From the IMG/VR virus record IMGVR_UViG_3300031688_001339: a DNA stretch of 64,000 nucleotides; one strand, given 5' to 3'. Below are positions 56,297-64,000 of this stretch, in pieces. The notes below the pieces were generated by a model. It made no database searches and was not told the origin of the DNA. It was given only the letters and a program-made list of their open reading frames with translations. Source of the stretch: a virus. Positions within the stretch are counted from its first letter, which is position 1, and the number at the start of each line of letters is the position of its first letter. A program made the translations under genes and the position numbers.

Positions 56297-58323
56297 TGTG
56301 TTATTATCCTATTTGCGTTTTTTGTTTGTTCGTTAGAGTTAATTTTATAGTCGTTTAGTGGATTTATATCGTTATAGTTATACACTACATCTGATACTAC
56401 TTTTACCTTGTCGGGATCACACTGCTCAATGAGTGTATAAAATATAGAACCATCGCCACCAGCTTTGTACCAATTTTTGTTTTCGTCTTGGAAGTTACTA
56501 TAATCTACGCCATCTAAAAGTTTTGCTTTGAAAGTTCTTAAATGTGTGTATGGCATATTCCAATTAAATTTATATTCTCTGTATTTCTTTTGTTTTTTTA
56601 TTTCATCTGGATAAGGTTGTGCTACTAAAGGTATTTTATCTACCATAGACCAACATGACCCATAAGAAAATTCTGTAGTGCCGTCATAAAGATTATTATA
56701 AAAGTGAAGTATCTGATTGTTATTAACTAGAGAGTCATCGCCATCTAGGAACATTACTATATCATCTTTATCACAATATTTCTTTATAGATTCTATTTGA
56801 TTACAAACAGCACCTTTGTTTACTTCATTTCTAATTACTTTAATATTTTCACTTTCATATTGTTTTGCAATTGAATATGTATTATCAGTGGAACAATCAT
56901 CAATTACTACCATTAAGTAGTTATCATAATCTTGTGTTACAACTGATCTAATACAGTTCTCTATATAGTTAGCCGAATTATAAGTCGGTGAGATTATAAC
57001 TATTCTTTGTTCTTTTTTTCTAGGTAAATAATTTTCTTCTTCATTTGTAAATCTTCTACCAAATACCGTTCTATGTCTGGAGTTTATATAACTTACCTTT
57101 CTATATTCTTCTTTAGATAAGTAATCTCCTAATTTATAAAGTATATGTTGTTTCCATTGTAAAGCTACTGAATCCCAACCAACAATACCTTTTATAAGAT
57201 TACAAGCATATTGTTTTTGTTGATGTAAATATCTATTATGATGAGACATCAAAACTGCATTGACAAATTTTTCTACTTGATGTGGTTGATTAATAAATTG
57301 AAATAAATTGTTTGGTTCAATTGCATAATCTATAAGATAACAAGCTTCTTGTACTGCTGTTTCTTCTAAAGCACCAAAACGTGTGGCGATTACAGGAGTA
57401 TTATATGCTAATGCTTCTAAAGTTGATATGCCAAATGTTTCAGGAAAGGCACCTGGAAATAATTTAAAACTTGCTCTTTCTAATATTTCTGCTATTTCTG
57501 ATTGTTTAATAATACCTGTAAATTCTATACCAAGCATTTTGTTTTTAGGATCACTAGACATTTTAGTCCATTCTTCTCCTTGAGCATCCATCTTTTTGCC
57601 TGGAAAAACATAAAATCCACCAATGCATATTAATTTTGCCTCTGGTATCTTTGCCTTAATTTTTGGCCATATATCGTTAACTAGAGGTGCCATACCTTTC
57701 GTGAAAGCTGCATTAAAAACGTATAGATGAGGATCTTTTTTTCTTATGTCAACATCATTTTTATAAGTTACTATACCATTTCTAGTTTGAAAGAATTTCT
57801 TTTTTAAAACTTCAAAATTTCTTCTTTTACCATGATCACAGTTAGTTACATAAGTTGAGTGAAAATCAGATAGAGTAAATACTTCATCTATATGTCCACC
57901 TACAACCAAGTCTTCCAAATAAATATCTCCGTTTGCAAACGTATCGTGCATCCATACTATTTTATGTTTTGCATAATTTTTTATTGCAGAATATCTTTGA
58001 GGATTGTATTGAGCAAACTGATTATACATGTTAGGTGTTAAGAAAGGAATTATTGTTCTTAATGATATTACAACATCAAATTTAAAATCACTCTTATAAT
58101 CAAGTATAGAGTTGTCTAGATATTGAACACCATCATAGTTTCCTTCTTTTGCAAGATTAGGATCTTTTGAACAGTTATTGAAGATTGTTACTTTAAAACC
58201 TAGTTTGGCAAGGTTTTTAGCCATTAATATTGTCGCTGATTCGGATCCACCGAGACCTCTTTTCTTTAAAGTATCTCCATCGTATGGTAACCCTATTATA
58301 TCTAAAAATGCTATGGTTGTCAT
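56293..58323 (-). CDS. bifunctional glycosyltransferase (GT4/GT-B + GT2)
   Basis: LGGSE, WMHD, FPETFGISTLEALA, then SPTYN...I..CI.SV..Q, DDCSTD, LDGDD. Confidence 0.92.
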   Translation of the reverse strand: MTTIAFLDIIGLPYDGDTLKKRGLGGSESATILMAKNLAKLGFKVTIFNNCSKDPNLAKEGNYDGVQYLDNSILDYKSDFKFDVVISLRTIIPFLTPNMYNQFAQYNPQRYSAIKNYAKHKIVWMHDTFANGDIYLEDLVVGGHIDEVFTLSDFHSTYVTNCDHGKRRNFEVLKKKFFQTRNGIVTYKNDVDIRKKDPHLYVFNAAFTKGMAPLVNDIWPKIKAKIPEAKLICIGGFYVFPGKKMDAQGEEWTKMSSDPKNKMLGIEFTGIIKQSEIAEILERASFKLFPGAFPETFGISTLEALAYNTPVIATRFGALEETAVQEACYLIDYAIEPNNLFQFINQPHQVEKFVNAVLMSHHNRYLHQQKQYACNLIKGIVGWDSVALQWKQHILYKLGDYLSKEEYRKVSYINSRHRTVFGRRFTNEEENYLPRKKEQRIVIISPTYNSANYIENCIRSVVTQDYDNYLMVVIDDCSTDNTYSIAKQYESENIKVIRNEVNKGAVCNQIESIKKYCDKDDIVMFLDGDDSLVNNNQILHFYNNLYDGTTEFSYGSCWSMVDKIPLVAQPYPDEIKKQKKYREYKFNWNMPYTHLRTFKAKLLDGVDYSNFQDENKNWYKAGGDGSIFYTLIEQCDPDKVKVVSDVVYNYNDINPLNDYKINSNEQTKNANRIITQ

Positions 58324-58361
58324 ATTATTAGTATCAATTTTATTTTTAATTCACTACAGTT

Positions 58362-58373
58362 TATTTATAAATA
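58362..58373. promoter_or_regulatory. palindromic bidirectional late promoter
   Basis: TATTTATAAATA contains TATAAATA on both strands, between divergent genes. Confidence 0.7.
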
Positions 58374-58374
58374 T

Positions 58375-58403
58375 ACAGTAACACAAAAACAAATAAATGT
58401 CAA
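58375..58403 (-). promoter_or_regulatory. possible sigma70 promoter for the glycosyltransferase operon
   Basis: TTGACA-17 nt-TACTGT with TGn on the minus strand. Confidence 0.45.
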
Positions 58404-58439
58404 TGCTTGGACATATATGAGGGGAAATAGTATCGCACA

Positions 58440-60602
58440 ATGCCAGTAATTAAGAGTCCATCGGTCCGAGTAGGTCTAGGACGTATAGGTTATTCAGGTT
58501 CCGCTGGAACAGCAGGTTTCACTGGTTCTGCCGGTGCTACAGGTGCTGCCGGTCCTGGTGGTGGTTATGCCGGCTCTCAAGGTTATACAGGTTCAGGTGG
58601 TTTAGGTTACACAGGTTCACAAGGCGCAGGTTTCACAGGTAGTCAAGGTACAGCAGGTACTTTAGGTTACACAGGTTCACAAGGAACAGGTTTCACAGGT
58701 TCAGCAGGTACAACAGGATTTTCAGGTTCAGCAGGCTCTGTAGGTTATTCAGGATCAGCAGGTTCAACCGGTGGTTTAGGATATTCAGGATCAAAAGGAG
58801 ATACAGGTACATCGGGTACAGTAGGATTTTCAGGTTCACAAGGCTCATTAGGATATTCAGGATCAAGAGGTACAGCAGGTACAACAGGTGGTTTAGGATA
58901 TTCAGGATCAAGAGGTACAGCAGGTACAGTAGGATTTTCAGGTTCAGCGGGTAGTCAAGGTGTTATTGGTTATTCAGGATCAAGAGGTACTGCCGGTACA
59001 GATGGTGACGATGGTTCAGACGGCTCTGTAGGTTTCACAGGTTCAACAGGTGCAGGTTATTCAGGATCAAAAGGAGATACAGGTGCTCAAGGGCCAGGTG
59101 GTGGTTATACTGGTTCAGCAGGTACAGTAGGATTTTCAGGTTCAGCAGGCTCAACCGGTGGTTTAGGATATTCAGGATCAAAAGGAGATACAGGTACAGC
59201 AGGTGGTTTAGGATATTCAGGTTCAGCAGGTTCAGCCGGTGGTTTAGGATATTCAGGATCAAGAGGTGCTTCAGGTGCCGATGGTGCAGGTTATTCAGGA
59301 TCAAAAGGAGATACAGGAACAGGATTTTCAGGTTCAGTTGGTACTGTTGGTTTCACTGGTTCAGCAGGATCAGGTTCAGATTCTCCATTTGTATTTACAA
59401 CTTCAGGAGATTATAGAACACTTACAGGATATTTAGAAGGTGGTTCAACAAAAACAGTTAGAACGGCAGAGTTTTCATCTGACTTATTAAGATTAACTTT
59501 AGCAACATTTACTCCTACTTTTTCTTCATCACCTAGTCCATCAAGTTATCTAGATTGGGATAGACCAGCAACAGGATTTTCTGTATCAATAAATAACCCT
59601 AGCGATATTACAAATGATTATATAAGTTCAGTTTACTCTATCACTCAATCAGGTGGAAGTGTTAACGGTACTTTAAGTAATTATTCAGCAGGTAGTTATT
59701 CACAAACACCAGAAGGAGGTGTAGATTGGTCACAAAGTTTTACAACAAACAATTCTACTTCATATATCAGATCAACATCTACTAGTCGTAGTGGTGGTTC
59801 AGCAAGTGCTGTAGTTAGATACAATCGTAACAATGGTTCAGAATCAGAATATACAGATTCAAATTCAAACATGTCTTTGAGTTGGGCAACTGCCTCTCAT
59901 AGTTTATCTAAATCAAATGTTAGTGGTAAAACTTTTTTAAAAACTTACACTAGTACATCGTACAACACAAGTGTAAATAATATTAATTCTTCAAGTAACA
60001 CTTCACATGCTCTTACAGCAAGTGGTGGTTCTTTAAGTACGACTTCAGGAAGCGGGTCTGTAAGTGGAACATTTACCTTTACATCACCTATACACAAAAA
60101 CAATACAAGCGATACAAGAACGGTTAGTAACACTACAACGTTTACTAGACCTGTCAATGTAACAGGTACCTCATATACGGTAGATCAGTCTACAACAACA
60201 AGCAACGTATCTGCTTCATTTTCATATCCGTCTTTCTGGATTTGGACAGCAGGAGTAGGTTCTACTCCATCTTTGGCCAATATAATAAATGATTCTCAAT
60301 CTACAGGTTTTGAATCAGCAGTGAATCAATTATCTGATCAAACTAAAAATTTTAGTGTTCAATCAGTTAATAATTCAGATTCTAATCCTAGAGCATTTTG
60401 GTTTGCTGTTAGGAATACTGCAAGTCAACCAACAACATTTAAAACAGGTGCTAGTGCAGGTTTATTAAGTGATGTTTCTACTACAGATGGTGGAACAATT
60501 TCTTTAATTCCTGATTCACCACCTTCTGGTTTAACTTCCGAAAGTTATCATATTTACGGATTTACTTTACAACCAGGAACAACATATGTGGAGATAAGTT
60601 AA
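58440..60602 (+). CDS. collagen-like Gly-X-Y fibre protein with Ser/Thr-rich beta C-domain
   Basis: About 300 aa of G[YF][ST]GS repeats, then a Ser/Thr-rich domain. Confidence 0.75.
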   Translation: MPVIKSPSVRVGLGRIGYSGSAGTAGFTGSAGATGAAGPGGGYAGSQGYTGSGGLGYTGSQGAGFTGSQGTAGTLGYTGSQGTGFTGSAGTTGFSGSAGSVGYSGSAGSTGGLGYSGSKGDTGTSGTVGFSGSQGSLGYSGSRGTAGTTGGLGYSGSRGTAGTVGFSGSAGSQGVIGYSGSRGTAGTDGDDGSDGSVGFTGSTGAGYSGSKGDTGAQGPGGGYTGSAGTVGFSGSAGSTGGLGYSGSKGDTGTAGGLGYSGSAGSAGGLGYSGSRGASGADGAGYSGSKGDTGTGFSGSVGTVGFTGSAGSGSDSPFVFTTSGDYRTLTGYLEGGSTKTVRTAEFSSDLLRLTLATFTPTFSSSPSPSSYLDWDRPATGFSVSINNPSDITNDYISSVYSITQSGGSVNGTLSNYSAGSYSQTPEGGVDWSQSFTTNNSTSYIRSTSTSRSGGSASAVVRYNRNNGSESEYTDSNSNMSLSWATASHSLSKSNVSGKTFLKTYTSTSYNTSVNNINSSSNTSHALTASGGSLSTTSGSGSVSGTFTFTSPIHKNNTSDTRTVSNTTTFTRPVNVTGTSYTVDQSTTTSNVSASFSYPSFWIWTAGVGSTPSLANIINDSQSTGFESAVNQLSDQTKNFSVQSVNNSDSNPRAFWFAVRNTASQPTTFKTGASAGLLSDVSTTDGGTISLIPDSPPSGLTSESYHIYGFTLQPGTTYVEIS
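58487..59377 (+). repeat. degenerate coding repeats (GGATATTCAGGATCA / GGTTTCACAGGTTCA units)
   Basis: Many near-identical 15-36 bp units encoding G[YF][ST]GS. Confidence 0.85.
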
Positions 60603-60605
60603 TAG

Positions 60606-62012
60606 ATGGCTACTAACTACGATGGATTAACCCGAAACGTTTGGCCAGGTACTTGGAGTACCGGCACTAATGCGCCTATCGTATTAGACACAGAGGTAAG
60701 AGGAACACTTCAAAGTATATCTGGTGCTGCTAACGATCAGTTGCATAATATTCCAGGTGCTAGAATCCAGGAAGGTATGTTAGTATACGTTAAAACCGGA
60801 TATACTAATGGCTCTACAACATATGTATCTGACAAATATTATACTTACAAACTTATAGGCTCAGAGACTCGTAGTAATATTACCGGCGCTGTACCAAACG
60901 CCAACGCCAACTGGACTTTATTCAGTGTTGGTGGTGGAGCAGGTTACACTGGTTCTGCCGGTGCAATTGGTTTTACAGGTTCAGCAGGTACAGTAGGATT
61001 TTCAGGATCAAAAGGTGATCAAGGTAATTTAGGATATTCAGGATCAAAAGGTGATCAAGGTAATTTAGGATATTCAGGATCAAAAGGAGATACAGGTACA
61101 ACAGGTGGTTTAGGATATTCAGGTTCAGCAGGTGTAGGATATTCAGGATCAAGAGGTACAGCAGGTACAACAGGTACAGTAGGATTTTCAGGATCAAAAG
61201 GAGATACAGGTACAACAGGTGGTTTAGGATATTCAGGATCAAAAGGTGATCAAGGTAATTTAGGATATTCAGGATCAAAAGGCGATCAAGGTAATTTAGG
61301 ATATTCAGGATCAAAAGGTGATCAAGGTAATTTAGGATATTCAGGATCAGAAGGAGTTGGATATACAGGTTCACGAGGTACACAAGGTACTGTAGGTTAT
61401 GTAGGATCAGAGGGAAATTTAGACGTAACAGTAAACTCAACACCACCGGTTGGTGCTGGTATTGGTGACGTTTGGATTGATGACGCAACAGGAATTCAAT
61501 ATTTCTGGATGTACGATGGTAACAGTAATCAATGGGTAGAATTAAGTAACCAAGGTGTAGTAGGATTTACAGGTTCACAAGGAGCAGTAGGAGCTATTAA
61601 TGATTTATCAGACGTAACAGTTACGGCTCCAACTAGAGGTCAAACTTTAGTTTATGAAACTGCCGGTTGGATACAAAGTGTAACGCCTATATCTCAATTT
61701 GTACTAACAGCTAACGGTTCTAGTGCATATAGATTTGACGGTGCAGGCTTTCCAGCGGGTACTAGTGGTGACAACCCTACAATATTTTTAAAAAAAGGCC
61801 AGACATATTACTTTAGAAATACAAGTAGTGGTCACCCTTTTGAAATACGATCAACTGCCGGTGGTAGTGCGTATAACACAGGCGTTACAGATAATAACGC
61901 TTCAGGTCCTTCAGGAATAATTGTTTTTCATATTCCTATGAACGCACCTGCGACATTATACTATCAATGTTCATCGCATAGTTCAATGTTAGGAACAATT
62001 ACTATCGTATAA
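60606..62012 (+). CDS. collagen-like fibre protein with C-terminal cupredoxin-like domain
   Basis: GYSGSKGDQGNL repeats; GD.W.D...G..Y module; NPTI.L..GQTY.F...GHPF.I...LYYQC..H..M.G. Confidence 0.75.
   Translation: MATNYDGLTRNVWPGTWSTGTNAPIVLDTEVRGTLQSISGAANDQLHNIPGARIQEGMLVYVKTGYTNGSTTYVSDKYYTYKLIGSETRSNITGAVPNANANWTLFSVGGGAGYTGSAGAIGFTGSAGTVGFSGSKGDQGNLGYSGSKGDQGNLGYSGSKGDTGTTGGLGYSGSAGVGYSGSRGTAGTTGTVGFSGSKGDTGTTGGLGYSGSKGDQGNLGYSGSKGDQGNLGYSGSKGDQGNLGYSGSEGVGYTGSRGTQGTVGYVGSEGNLDVTVNSTPPVGAGIGDVWIDDATGIQYFWMYDGNSNQWVELSNQGVVGFTGSQGAVGAINDLSDVTVTAPTRGQTLVYETAGWIQSVTPISQFVLTANGSSAYRFDGAGFPAGTSGDNPTIFLKKGQTYYFRNTSSGHPFEIRSTAGGSAYNTGVTDNNASGPSGIIVFHIPMNAPATLYYQCSSHSSMLGTITIV
61014..61349 (+). 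repeat. 36-bp tandem repeats
   Basis: GGTGATCAAGGTAATTTAGGATATTCAGGATCAAAA at 61014, 61050, 61245, 61281 (one mismatch) and 61317 (partial). Confidence 0.85.
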
Positions 62013-62065
62013 GAAAAAAAGTTTTGAAACACTTGATTTAATATCATTAATGAGAGTGTATATAT

Positions 62066-62073
62066 TATAAATA
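62066..62073 (+). promoter_or_regulatory. T4-type late promoter
   Basis: TATAAATA in the intergenic region upstream of 62165. Confidence 0.65.
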
Positions 62074-62164
62074 GAGATAGAAAAGATAGTTTCTTTTCTT
62101 GCAAGAGACAGAACATGACAGAAAGTGATAAGTTAAATTTAACAATAATTAGGAGACAAGCAAA

Positions 62165-63259
62165 ATGGCAATTAATTTTCCAAATAGTCCCTCATTAAAC
62201 GATCTTTACACACTTGGCACACGTCAGTGGAAATGGAACGGTAATGGGTGGGCACTTCAGCCTTTAACAGCAGGTTTCACTGGATCAATCGGTTACTCCG
62301 GTTCTAAAGGTGATATTGGTTATACAGGTTCAAAAGGAAACACGGGTCAAGGTTTTAGAATTACTAAAACTTATACAAGCGTTTCTGCACTATCAGCAGA
62401 CACAAGTCCATCAGGCATAGCAACTGGTGAATTTGCAATAATTGAAAACGGCTCTTTAACAGACGCCGAAAATTCTAGATTATACCTATGGAATGGATCA
62501 AACTACAGTTTTGTATCCGATCTTTCTGGTACAATTGGTTTCACAGGATCTAAAGGAGACATTGGTTTCACAGGTTCACAAGGTGTAATTGGTTTTACTG
62601 GTTCTAAAGGTGATCAAGGTATCATTGGTTTTACAGGATCTAAAGGCGATCAAGGTATAATTGGTTTTACTGGTTCACAAGGTGTAATTGGTTTTACAGG
62701 ATCAAAAGGCTTCACAGGATCTAAAGGAGACATTGGTTTCTCAGGTTCTAAAGGAGACATTGGTTTCACAGGATCAAAAGGCTTTGGCGGTTCTAAAGGT
62801 GATATTGGTTATTCAGGATCTAAAGGAGACATTGGTTTCTCAGGTTCTAAAGGCGATATTGGTTTTACGGGCTCTAAAGGTTTCGCAGGATCAGAAGGTA
62901 ATTTAGATATTACAACTTCAGTAGCTCCACCATCAAGTGGTGTTGGTGAAGGTGATATTTGGGTTGACGCTAATACAGGCGTACAGTACTTCTACTACAA
63001 CGATGGTAATTCAGTTCAATGGGTTGAATTAAGTAACCAAGGTGTTGTTGGTTTTACTGGATCTAAAGGTGATACAGGTAATCAAGGTGTTATAGGATTC
63101 TCAGGATCAAAAGGTGACCAAGGTGTTATCGGGTTCTCAGGTTCTCAAGGCGCACAAGTGGCAACAGTTGACTCAAGTAATTTTTCAGCTGCTGTAACAT
63201 TACTGATTAAAAACAGTAGTGGTACTACATTAAAAACAATCATAGGTAATGCTTCATAG
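62165..63259 (+). CDS. collagen-like fibre protein
   Basis: MAINFP.SP...Y......W.W.G..W N-terminus; GFTGSKGDI repeats; IKNSSGTTLKT C-terminus; SD AGGAG. Confidence 0.75.
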   Translation: MAINFPNSPSLNDLYTLGTRQWKWNGNGWALQPLTAGFTGSIGYSGSKGDIGYTGSKGNTGQGFRITKTYTSVSALSADTSPSGIATGEFAIIENGSLTDAENSRLYLWNGSNYSFVSDLSGTIGFTGSKGDIGFTGSQGVIGFTGSKGDQGIIGFTGSKGDQGIIGFTGSQGVIGFTGSKGFTGSKGDIGFSGSKGDIGFTGSKGFGGSKGDIGYSGSKGDIGFSGSKGDIGFTGSKGFAGSEGNLDITTSVAPPSSGVGEGDIWVDANTGVQYFYYNDGNSVQWVELSNQGVVGFTGSKGDTGNQGVIGFSGSKGDQGVIGFSGSQGAQVATVDSSNFSAAVTLLIKNSSGTTLKTIIGNAS

Positions 63260-63291
63260 GCATAACTGAAGAATAATAGGAGAAATATAAC

Positions 63292-64000
63292 ATGGCAACA
63301 AGAAACCCCTTAATATACTCTGGGAATAACTTGGTTGAGATGACTTCAGGTCAGATGGACGCTTTAATATTGAATATTGTTTATCAATATTCTCAAAGTC
63401 CCTCTGTAGCTTTATCTGTTGTTGGTAGTAGCGGTACTCTAGGATCATTAAGTGATACTAGATTACAGGCTGGAGCTATTTCTAATAGTAACAGTTCTTT
63501 CCCTTCACAAGGAACGACACAAGACCCACAAACGGTAACAGTTAACTATGATAAAATAACTCAAACAGTTCAATCGGTAACGAAAACAACTGACACAGGC
63601 ACAACATGGCCGATCTACTACGAGACAAGTGGTGGTAATCTTCGTGCTATGCCTATTGCAGACATTAAGGACACGTTCCTTCATCCTGCAATTGATTTAT
63701 TGACAGCAAGTACAACGACTTCACAACAAGGTGGAACATATCATATATCTACATCTTCAAGTGTGTCGGGATCAACTGAAGTTTCTGGAAGTAATACACC
63801 GATCTTTATTGACACAAGAGCCAACACTGGTTCTTATGCGTCAGGATCAATCGGTGATCACGCTCAGGACAATCCAACTACGATTACAAGTTACTATTTA
63901 CAACGTGTAAATGGTGCTACATCATCATACGAACAACCTTTGACTATTGTCTCAGGAAATAACCTACAGCAAGTAACTACTTCAAACTTTAACACTTTGT
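63292..64000 (+). CDS. partial Ser/Thr-rich virion structural protein (3' truncated)
   Basis: SD AGGAG; MATRNPLIYSGNNLVEMT...; frame appears open to the window end. Confidence 0.7.
   Translation, partial: MATRNPLIYSGNNLVEMTSGQMDALILNIVYQYSQSPSVALSVVGSSGTLGSLSDTRLQAGAISNSNSSFPSQGTTQDPQTVTVNYDKITQTVQSVTKTTDTGTTWPIYYETSGGNLRAMPIADIKDTFLHPAIDLLTASTTTSQQGGTYHISTSSSVSGSTEVSGSNTPIFIDTRANTGSYASGSIGDHAQDNPTTITSYYLQRVNGATSSYEQPLTIVSGNNLQQVTTSNFNTL

Noticed and set aside
34292-58323. Host chromosomal DNA or assembly chimera explaining the bacterial-like enzymes
   Set aside because: The island has phage late promoters, similar AT-rich codon style, an embedded virion gene (54582) and paralogues elsewhere in the phage. 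Read mapping would be the definitive check.
58693-61488. Minus-strand ORFs with ILNILNHLL-type repeats (58693-58911, 59035-59304, 60973-61488) that look like leucine-rich or RiPP precursor repeats
   Set aside because: They are antisense shadows of the GYSGS coding repeats, with no independent SD or promoter support.
62074-62164. Small hairpins in the leader of the third fibre gene
   Set aside because: Stems are short and A/U-rich, and are expected by chance.
58487-63150. Regular DNA repeats resembling a CRISPR array
   Set aside because: Units are in-frame codon repeats with synonymous variation and no unique spacers; no cas genes are present.

Overview
This is a 64-kb, AT-rich segment of a T4-like (myovirus) phage genome. 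Gene content and composition suggest a marine pelagimyophage-type virus; the host is an inference only. Gene order: small accessory ORFs; gp32; DNA end protector gp2; tail/baseplate block (gp54, gp26, gp51, putative tape measure, gp4, gp48, gp53, hub, gp5); an accessory insert (2OG-Fe(II) oxygenase, IscA, split radical SAM/SPASM pair, cytidylyltransferase, nuclease, an opposite-strand early cassette); PAAR, gp25, gp6, gp7, gp8 and a 2024-aa VrlC-like protein. Next comes a ~24-kb enzyme island (34.3-58.3 kb) with glycosyltransferases, epimerase, DegT aminotransferase, carbamoyltransferase, methyltransferases, a QueC-like PP-loop enzyme, two nitroreductase-like proteins, several radical SAM enzymes (one B12-dependent), a DUF59 Fe-S factor, and a BtuB-like receptor plus BtuM-like transporter. 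Three collagen-like G[YF][ST]GS fibre proteins follow. The most notable candidates are: (1) a phage-encoded vitamin B12 import module beside a B12-dependent radical SAM enzyme, inside a late-promoter-driven putative virion-decoration pathway; (2) a probable -1 frameshift fusing gp26 to gp51, like lambda G/GT; (3) structured non-coding elements and a compositional anomaly around gene 5; (4) a shared C-terminal IKNSSGxTLKT tag on three structural proteins. No tRNA, rRNA, CRISPR array, intron or transposase was recognised. All family calls come from motif recognition by eye, not database searches.
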